From an uncultured Bacilli bacterium (GTDB lineage: Bacteria > Bacillota_I > Bacilli_A > RF39 > UBA660), in the NCBI GenBank assembly GCA_910583745.1, contig CAJTZC010000007.1:1163-65162 (forward strand): a DNA stretch of 64,000 bases. Reading direction: 5' to 3'. The notes under the pieces were generated by a model. That model was not told the DNA's origin and made no database searches. It saw only the letters and a program-made list of their open reading frames with translations. The translations under genes and the position numbers were made by a program. Below, piece by piece: positions 59,700 through 64,000 of this stretch (its first letter is position 1; each line of letters begins with the position of its first letter).

Positions 59700-61286
59700 C
59701 TAAGATATTTCTATTACTTTTTCTGTGAACAGCGTGTCCAGCTGTCCTTTCATCTCTGCTCCATCGTCTTTTGGTGCAGGTTCTTCTATGTATTCATATT
59801 TTATTTTCTTTATGCGATTATTTTTAAATTTTTCTTTCTGTTGTATCCATTCTTCGTTTGTGATAGCGACAACTTTTGTCGTAATTTCCTTTTTCTTAAG
59901 ACTTTTCTCTATCTCTTCTCTTTTAATATTAAAGAGATTTGCCAAAGAATCTTCTTCTGCTGTGAAAATGGTGTACTTATCTGACGCTGCAACTGGTGTG
60001 TAATTTTGTACTACTATCGTACTAATTTTTTTGTTTTCTAAGTTATTCCATATATTTAGTACTTCATTCAACGCCTCTTTGTTTACGTCCACAAAGCAGT
60101 TGTTAATCCTTATTTCGCTTAAAGAAAGAGCTTTATTTTCTTCTTCTATTGGTGGCGTCTCTCTGTCTTGTTCTCTTTTTAGCTCTAGTTTTGGTTCTGG
60201 TATTTTTGTCGATACAGTTGGATGTGGCGAACTGTTATCTACTAAAGAATTACCGTTTATAAGTTCTAGAAAGCTTATTTTTATCATCGTAAAAACGTTT
60301 TCATTTATTCTTGCGTCGACATAGCAGCTGTTTAAGTTCCTGATTAATTTATTTAAAAGCTCAAATTTGTATCGTTTTTCTTTGCCAAGCTTAATCTGTA
60401 TAGCAACATTTTCATAAAATTTTATCATCTTTTTTATAATTTTTTGTGCGTTTGTTCCTGCATCTTCAAAACTGTCTATCGCTGAAACGATGAGCTCTGG
60501 CTTGTTTTGAACAGTTGCATTTAGCAGTTCTTCGATGTTTTTATTCGATATGATATTATAATTAGAAAGTATGCTTTCCGCCGTGATTCGAGCTGTCGTC
60601 TTGGACATTTGATCCAGTATGCTCAAAGCATCACGAACACAGCCTTCACTCAGTGCATAGATTTCCTCATAAGCTTCTTCATCGCACTCGATTGATTCTT
60701 CTTTACAGATATCTTTTAGATGATTTATTAAATCTACTCTATTTATCTTTTTAAAATCGTATCTTTGACATCGAGACAATATTGTAATTGGAACTTTGTA
60801 TACCTCCGTAGTAGCAAGGATAAATATCGCATGCCCTGGCGGTTCCTCTAAGGTTTTAAGTAGTGCATTGAAAGCTCCGGTTGATAGCATGTGTACTTCA
60901 TCAATAATATATATTTTGAATTTGGATGATGCGGGCGCTAATGTAATATTGTTTCTCAGCTCTCTGATTTCGTCTACCCCATTATTCGAAGCGGCGTCGA
61001 TTTCTATTACATCTGGAGTCGTATTGAAATTTAGGCAATTCTCACATTCTCCACAGGCTTCGCCATCTTTTAAATTAGTACAATTTATCGCTTTAGCGAG
61101 TATTTTGGCTGTCGATGTTTTACCAGTCCCACGGGGACCAGTAAATATGTAGGCATGGGAAAAAGTATTGTTGGATACGCTATTTTTTAACGTATCTATG
61201 ATGCTTTTTTGGCCTATAACTCGATTAAAATTTGAAGGCCTATATTTTCGATATAATACTTTGTATGACATCTCAACCATCTCCAA
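59700..61286 (-). CDS. dnaX: DNA polymerase III subunits gamma/tau
   Basis: 528-aa protein with AAA+ Walker A GPRGTGKTS, the Zn-binding module CGECENC and the SRC motif. Confidence 0.92.
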   Translation of the reverse strand: MEMVEMSYKVLYRKYRPSNFNRVIGQKSIIDTLKNSVSNNTFSHAYIFTGPRGTGKTSTAKILAKAINCTNLKDGEACGECENCLNFNTTPDVIEIDAASNNGVDEIRELRNNITLAPASSKFKIYIIDEVHMLSTGAFNALLKTLEEPPGHAIFILATTEVYKVPITILSRCQRYDFKKINRVDLINHLKDICKEESIECDEEAYEEIYALSEGCVRDALSILDQMSKTTARITAESILSNYNIISNKNIEELLNATVQNKPELIVSAIDSFEDAGTNAQKIIKKMIKFYENVAIQIKLGKEKRYKFELLNKLIRNLNSCYVDARINENVFTMIKISFLELINGNSLVDNSSPHPTVSTKIPEPKLELKREQDRETPPIEEENKALSLSEIRINNCFVDVNKEALNEVLNIWNNLENKKISTIVVQNYTPVAASDKYTIFTAEEDSLANLFNIKREEIEKSLKKKEITTKVVAITNEEWIQQKEKFKNNRIKKIKYEYIEEPAPKDDGAEMKGQLDTLFTEKVIEIS

Positions 61287-61325
61287 TTTAATTATAACAA
61301 ATTGATTTTATTAAATCTAGTTTTA

Positions 61326-61748
61326 TTATCGTTTGTCTTTAAAAAATGTCTGTATATCTTTCATGTATTTCTCTTTTTCTGGCCCTTCAAATACTACTGT
61401 TTCAAAATTAGAACATTTGTATTGTTTTTTATAAGTATAGCGGGGCACTAAATAGTAAATATTTTTTAAGCGAGCCTCCTTTATAACGGCCTTACACATA
61501 TCACATGGCTCAAGAGTAATAAGCATACATTTGTTCTGTAAGTTCCATTCTTTTAATTTGCGATTCGCTTTTTCTATGGCTATGATTTCAGCGTGGTCAG
61601 TTGTTTTTTTACTTGCATTTCTTTTGTTATATCCACAGCTAATAATTCCGCTTTCATCAAATATTATCGCACTTACAGGGAACTCATCATTTTGTAGGGA
61701 TTTTTCAGCTAATTTGAATAGTTTTTTCCACAGTTTGTTTTCTATCAT
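61326..61748 (-). CDS. tadA: tRNA-specific adenosine deaminase
   Basis: It carries CDA-fold motifs HAEIIAIE and PCDMCKAVI. The probable start is MIENKLWKK at ~61748, preceded by GGAGG. The track ORF begins 8 codons upstream. Confidence 0.88.
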   Translation of the reverse strand: MIENKLWKKLFKLAEKSLQNDEFPVSAIIFDESGIISCGYNKRNASKKTTDHAEIIAIEKANRKLKEWNLQNKCMLITLEPCDMCKAVIKEARLKNIYYLVPRYTYKKQYKCSNFETVVFEGPEKEKYMKDIQTFFKDKR

Positions 61749-61761
61749 AGTATTCCTCCAA

Positions 61762-61855
61762 AATAAAAGCACACACGAAGTCTCATCTTATGGCTGCTAT
61801 TTTCCAATCCTGACCAGGTTCGACAATTGTTCGTTGTGCGTTATAAGTATATCAC
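61762..61855 (-). ncRNA. ffs: signal recognition particle RNA (small 4.5S/ffs-type, domain IV hairpin)
   Basis: The minus-strand sense ...CCUGGUCAGGAUUGGAAAAUAGCAGCCAUAAGAUGAGAC...GUGUGUGC matches the conserved E. coli 4.5S core CCAGGUCAGGUCCGGAAGGAAGCAGCCAAGGCAGAUGAC...GUGUGC, including the GGAA tetraloop. A U-run lies at the 3' end, directly before the tadA RBS. Confidence 0.7.
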
Positions 61856-61904
61856 ATAGAATAGGGGAATACAACCCAAAGTTTTCCACAGTTATTTTTT
61901 GAAA

Positions 61905-61922
61905 TTATTTCCCGGGAAATAA
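61905..61922. promoter_or_regulatory. NBS-type site B1
   Basis: TTATTTCCCGGGAAATAA, within the 24-bp perfect palindrome AAATTATTTCCCGGGAAATAATTT. Confidence 0.8.
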
Positions 61923-61961
61923 TTTAGACAAAAAATGCAATTTGGCAAAATGGGTTTTCTG

Positions 61962-61979
61962 ATGTTCCACGTGGAACAT
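61962..61979. promoter_or_regulatory. parS-type site A1
   Basis: ATGTTCCACGTGGAACAT (contains TGTTCCACGTGGAACA). Confidence 0.8.
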
Positions 61980-62050
61980 TTAAATCTACAATTTAATACT
62001 AAAGTATTTTATCTTTGAATCAATCATTTAAAATAGGCGATTTTATTGCT

Positions 62051-62068
62051 ATGTTCCACGTGGAACAT
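62051..62068. promoter_or_regulatory. parS-type site A2
   Basis: ATGTTCCACGTGGAACAT, within the 22-bp palindrome CTATG...CATAG. Confidence 0.8.
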
Positions 62069-62130
62069 AGATAGTATATATACATGTTAAGAAGCATTTT
62101 TTAAAAATATGGCACTAAATATATGGAATT

Positions 62131-62148
62131 TTATTTCCCAGGAAATAA
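62131..62148. promoter_or_regulatory. NBS-type site B2 (imperfect)
   Basis: TTATTTCCCAGGAAATAA; one central position deviates (CCCAGG for CCCGGG). Confidence 0.6.
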
Positions 62149-62222
62149 AATTGGCTGCACTATAGCAAAAACAATCTTTTAAAACTCACTAATAATGCGA
62201 TTTCGATAACAAGTGTGCAGTA

Positions 62223-62240
62223 ATGTTCCACGTGGAACAT
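62223..62240. promoter_or_regulatory. parS-type site A3
   Basis: ATGTTCCACGTGGAACAT, followed 3 nt later by TGTGGATAA. Confidence 0.8.
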
Positions 62241-62243
62241 TAC

Positions 62244-62252
62244 TGTGGATAA
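62244..62252 (-). promoter_or_regulatory. DnaA box 1 (perfect TTATCCACA on minus strand)
   Basis: TGTGGATAA on the plus strand. Confidence 0.6.
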
Positions 62253-62295
62253 AAAAAGATTTTTTAAATAATAATCACTAAATATGACCTCAAAA

Positions 62296-62313
62296 TTATT
62301 TCCCGGGAAATAA
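62296..62313. promoter_or_regulatory. NBS-type site B3
   Basis: TTATTTCCCGGGAAATAA. Confidence 0.8.
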
Positions 62314-62352
62314 TTGTTCTTTTTTCGCGTTATTGAAGTATGCAATATTACA

Positions 62353-62370
62353 ATGTTCCACGTGGAACAT
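62353..62370. promoter_or_regulatory. parS-type site A4
   Basis: ATGTTCCACGTGGAACAT, followed by TGTGGAAAA (a one-mismatch DnaA box). Confidence 0.8.
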
Positions 62371-62449
62371 TGTGGAAAAGTCGAAAAATTTAACATTTTT
62401 CAAACAATACATAATAAATTAAATACAAAACAGTATTTTTTACAGTTAA

Positions 62450-62467
62450 ATGTTTCACGTGAAACAT
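62450..62467. promoter_or_regulatory. parS-type site A5 (exact consensus)
   Basis: ATGTTTCACGTGAAACAT contains TGTTTCACGTGAAACA. Confidence 0.85.
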
Positions 62468-62567
62468 ATAATAGGCAAGAATCTAAGCGTTTTTATAAAA
62501 ATCTAATTTAATTGTACAATCGAAAAGCAAATCACTCTTCATTAAACAGTTTAACCAGGTTATAACA

Positions 62568-62585
62568 ATGTTTCACGTGGAACAT
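62568..62585. promoter_or_regulatory. parS-type site A6
   Basis: ATGTTTCACGTGGAACAT (hybrid half-sites). Confidence 0.8.
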
Positions 62586-62588
62586 TGT

Positions 62589-62597
62589 TGTGGATAA
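62589..62597 (-). promoter_or_regulatory. DnaA box 2 (perfect)
   Basis: TGTGGATAA, 3 nt after site A6. Confidence 0.6.
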
Positions 62598-62644
62598 AAA
62601 AAGATTTTTTAAATAATAATCAATCACTAAATATGACCTCAAAA

Positions 62645-62662
62645 TTATTTCCCGGGAAATAA
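62645..62662. promoter_or_regulatory. NBS-type site B4
   Basis: TTATTTCCCGGGAAATAA. Confidence 0.8.
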
Positions 62663-62701
62663 TTGTTCTTTTTTCACGTTATTGAAGTATGCAATATTAC
62701 A

Positions 62702-62719
62702 ATGTTCCACGTGAAACAT
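62702..62719. promoter_or_regulatory. parS-type site A7 (identical to the B. subtilis spo0J parS)
   Basis: ATGTTCCACGTGAAACAT contains TGTTCCACGTGAAACA. Confidence 0.85.
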
Positions 62720-62722
62720 TGC

Positions 62723-62731
62723 TGTGGATAA
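62723..62731 (-). promoter_or_regulatory. DnaA box 3 (perfect)
   Basis: TGTGGATAA, 3 nt after site A7. Confidence 0.6.
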
Positions 62732-62771
62732 CTTAATTTGGATTCTTAAATAAATCATTTTTGTAATAATT

Positions 62772-62789
62772 TTATTTCCCGGGAAATAA
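62772..62789. promoter_or_regulatory. NBS-type site B5
   Basis: TTATTTCCCGGGAAATAA, within the 22-bp palindrome TTTTATTTCCCGGGAAATAAAA. Confidence 0.8.
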
Positions 62790-62826
62790 AACAGGATAAT
62801 ATATGGAATTAATTTTGTAATTTGGA

Positions 62827-62844
62827 ATGTTCCACGTGGAACAT
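62827..62844. promoter_or_regulatory. parS-type site A8
   Basis: ATGTTCCACGTGGAACAT. Confidence 0.8.
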
Positions 62845-62883
62845 CAGAAAACTCATTTTGCCAAATTGCAATTTCTGTCCAAA

Positions 62884-62901
62884 TTATTTCCCGGGAAATA
62901 A
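62884..62901. promoter_or_regulatory. NBS-type site B6
   Basis: TTATTTCCCGGGAAATAA, within the 24-bp palindrome AAATTATTTCCCGGGAAATAATTT. Confidence 0.8.
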
Positions 62902-62921
62902 TTTCAAAATAAAAAATGGCT

Positions 62922-64000
62922 TTATTCGCCATTTTCTTCTATTTTTGGAACGTTTTCCACAGTTTGTTCTTCTAAAGGTGTCGTTTCTTCAGTCTCAGCA
63001 GCTTCTTCAGAATCTTTTTCAACAACACTTATCGATGATACCCATTGATTTTCTTTAAGGTTGATTAGTCTAACACCTTGAGCATTTCTGCCCAATTGAG
63101 AAATCGAAGTGGTTTCTAGTCTTATTACCATACCCGAATCGGTTATGATTACGATGTCTTTGTTGTCATCCACAATTTTAAATGAAGCGATATTTCCGTT
63201 CTTTTCAGTAACGTTCAATGCTTTAACACCTTTGCTGCCACGACGGGTCTCTCTAAATTCACGAACAAATGTTCGTTTTCCGTAACCTTTCTCTGTAACG
63301 ATGAGGATATTTGTATCCAAGTCACATACTTCTGCACAGATACATTCTCCATCAGGCATCGTTATTCCACGGACTCCTGAAGCGGTTCTACCCATGATGC
63401 GAACTTCCGATTCGTCGAACAATACTGCACGACCATTCGATGAGCCTAACATAATTTTGTTTTCACCATTCGTCTTTTTGACTTCTATCAATTCATCATT
63501 CTCTTTAAGTGTTATACATAGTTTACCATTTTGACGAATGTTAGCAAATTCGTCAATACTTGTACGCTTTACAACACCTTTTTTAGTGGCAAATAGAAGG
63601 AATTTCGCTGCATCTTCGTTGCTTACCTTGATGATTGAGTTTACAAGCTCATCTTTTTCAATCTGTAAAAGGTTTATGATTGGTAATCCTTTATGCTGTC
63701 TAGCAAATTCTGGTATTTCGTAACCCTTTATACGGTATACTTTACCTTTATTTGTAAAGAATAGTATGTAATCATGTGTAGATACATTTACCATCAGCTT
63801 AACGTTGTCTTCTTCGTTGGTTGACATTCCTTTGATGCCTACACCTCCGCGATTCTGTGTTTTATAGGTGTTTGCTGCGACACGTTTGATATAACCCTTG
63901 TCAGTTAATGTAATGATGCTGTTTTCTTCTGGTATCAAGGATTCATCTTCTATGAAGTCTACTGCTGTCATATCAATTTTAGTACGACGTTCATCTCCAT
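62922..64000 (-). CDS. gyrA: DNA gyrase subunit A, C-terminal domain (partial; gene continues beyond the right window edge)
   Basis: It shows the beta-pinwheel repeat pattern typical of the GyrA CTD (ITLTDKGYIKRV..., VKLMVNVSTHDYILFFTNKGKVYRIKGYEIPE, QGVRLINLKENQWV) and an acidic tail. The track ORF M at 63971 is internal. Confidence 0.85.
   Translation of the reverse strand, partial: GDERRTKIDMTAVDFIEDESLIPEENSIITLTDKGYIKRVAANTYKTQNRGGVGIKGMSTNEEDNVKLMVNVSTHDYILFFTNKGKVYRIKGYEIPEFARQHKGLPIINLLQIEKDELVNSIIKVSNEDAAKFLLFATKKGVVKRTSIDEFANIRQNGKLCITLKENDELIEVKKTNGENKIMLGSSNGRAVLFDESEVRIMGRTASGVRGITMPDGECICAEVCDLDTNILIVTEKGYGKRTFVREFRETRRGSKGVKALNVTEKNGNIASFKIVDDNKDIVIITDSGMVIRLETTSISQLGRNAQGVRLINLKENQWVSSISVVEKDSEEAAETEETTPLEEQTVENVPKIEENGE

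Larger units (their letters stand above)
61905..62901. repeat. array of 14 perfect palindromes alternating between parS-type (8) and NBS-type (6) sites with abutting DnaA boxes
   Basis: Read directly from the sequence; individual sites are listed below. Spacers are 40-117 bp and AT-rich. A ~155-bp unit (62222-62375) is directly repeated at 62567-62723. Confidence 0.9.

Noticed and set aside
61905-62901. The palindrome array as a CRISPR locus
   Set aside because: The repeats are of two different alternating sequences and are perfect palindromes. Spacers vary from 40 to 117 bp and some are duplicated. No cas genes are nearby. The motifs match known protein-binding sites (parS, NBS).
61905-62901. 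The palindrome array as oriC
   Set aside because: It has only 3-4 DnaA boxes, no adjacent dnaA/dnaN, and no obvious DUE-type AT-rich 13-mer cluster. By synteny oriC is expected beyond gyrA-gyrB. I report the boxes but do not call an origin.
61905-62901. The palindrome array as integron attC sites or a MITE/IS remnant
   Set aside because: There is no integrase or transposase nearby and no target-site duplications visible. The 18-bp cores are exact matches to two known chromosomal binding motifs, not the imperfect 60-140-bp attC structure. A mobile origin remains a minor alternative, noted in one finding.
62160-63058. Short ORFs inside the array (62160-62396 minus, 62314-62511 plus, 62645-62932 minus, 62822-63058 plus)
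   Set aside because: Their translations are just the palindromes read in frame (FPGNNF / ISREIIW / MFHVEHC repeated). They have no RBS and no coding periodicity.
62922-63971. ORF 62922-63971 as a complete 349-aa gene
   Set aside because: The sequence upstream of the listed Met continues in frame to the window edge with GyrA-CTD-like repeats. It is the 3' part of gyrA.

Overview
This is a low-GC Firmicutes chromosome segment. Almost every gene is on the minus strand. Gene content and order follow the Bacillus subtilis origin-proximal region, but rearranged. From right to left the window reads: gyrA (partial), a 1-kb palindrome array, SRP RNA, tadA, dnaX, ybaB, recR, holB, yaaT/ricT, a yabB-like methyltransferase, pth, mfd, spoVT, a T-box leader, metG, tatD, a 3D-domain protein and ksgA. 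A ~10.5-kb accessory island follows. Then come yabG and veg, a bacteriocin/ABC locus, spoVG, yabP, yabQ and divIC, followed by a membrane protein, an NrdD-like pseudo-enzyme, a Crp/Fnr regulator, a degenerate ABC pair, truA, rplM and rpsI. After those come an ABC-F protein, an ASCH-like protein, a DMT transporter, an SDR, two lipoproteins, and tilS and ftsH. These are fused directly to a block that lies on the other side of oriC in B. subtilis: parA, parB, mscS, a DUF951 protein, an AbgT transporter, rpsF, ssb, rpsR, rplI, dnaB, an M23 peptidase, a yycJ-like hydrolase, rlmH, ung and argS (partial). Sporulation-associated genes (yabG, yabP, yabQ, spoVT, spoVG, yaaT) point to a spore-forming or recently sporulating lineage. 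The most striking feature is a ~1-kb non-coding array between gyrA and the SRP-RNA/tadA genes. It holds 14 perfect 18-24 bp palindromes of two alternating types. Eight match the ParB-binding parS consensus (TGTTCCACGTGGAACA/TGTTTCACGTGAAACA). Six match the Noc-binding site NBS (TATTTCCCGGGAAATA). Several parS sites are immediately followed by perfect DnaA boxes (TGTGGATAA). The array also contains internal direct duplications and inverted terminal units. One further isolated NBS lies inside mfd. Other notable items are a class III ribonucleotide-reductase (NrdD) homologue that keeps the ATP-cone but lacks the glycyl-radical/Zn-ribbon C-terminus and the catalytic residues, and a pair of degenerate ABC ATPases next to truA. 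There is a lactococcin-972-like bacteriocin locus with ABC/FtsX immunity genes, a frameshifted permease and a deleted duplicate remnant. A further island carries a frameshifted IS110 transposase, a secreted/membrane protein pair, an XRE-type membrane regulator, an 897-aa surface protein and a tandem family of coiled-coil membrane proteins with a decayed third copy. No tRNA, rRNA or CRISPR features were recognised. Coordinates I refined by eye are accurate to within a few nucleotides only.
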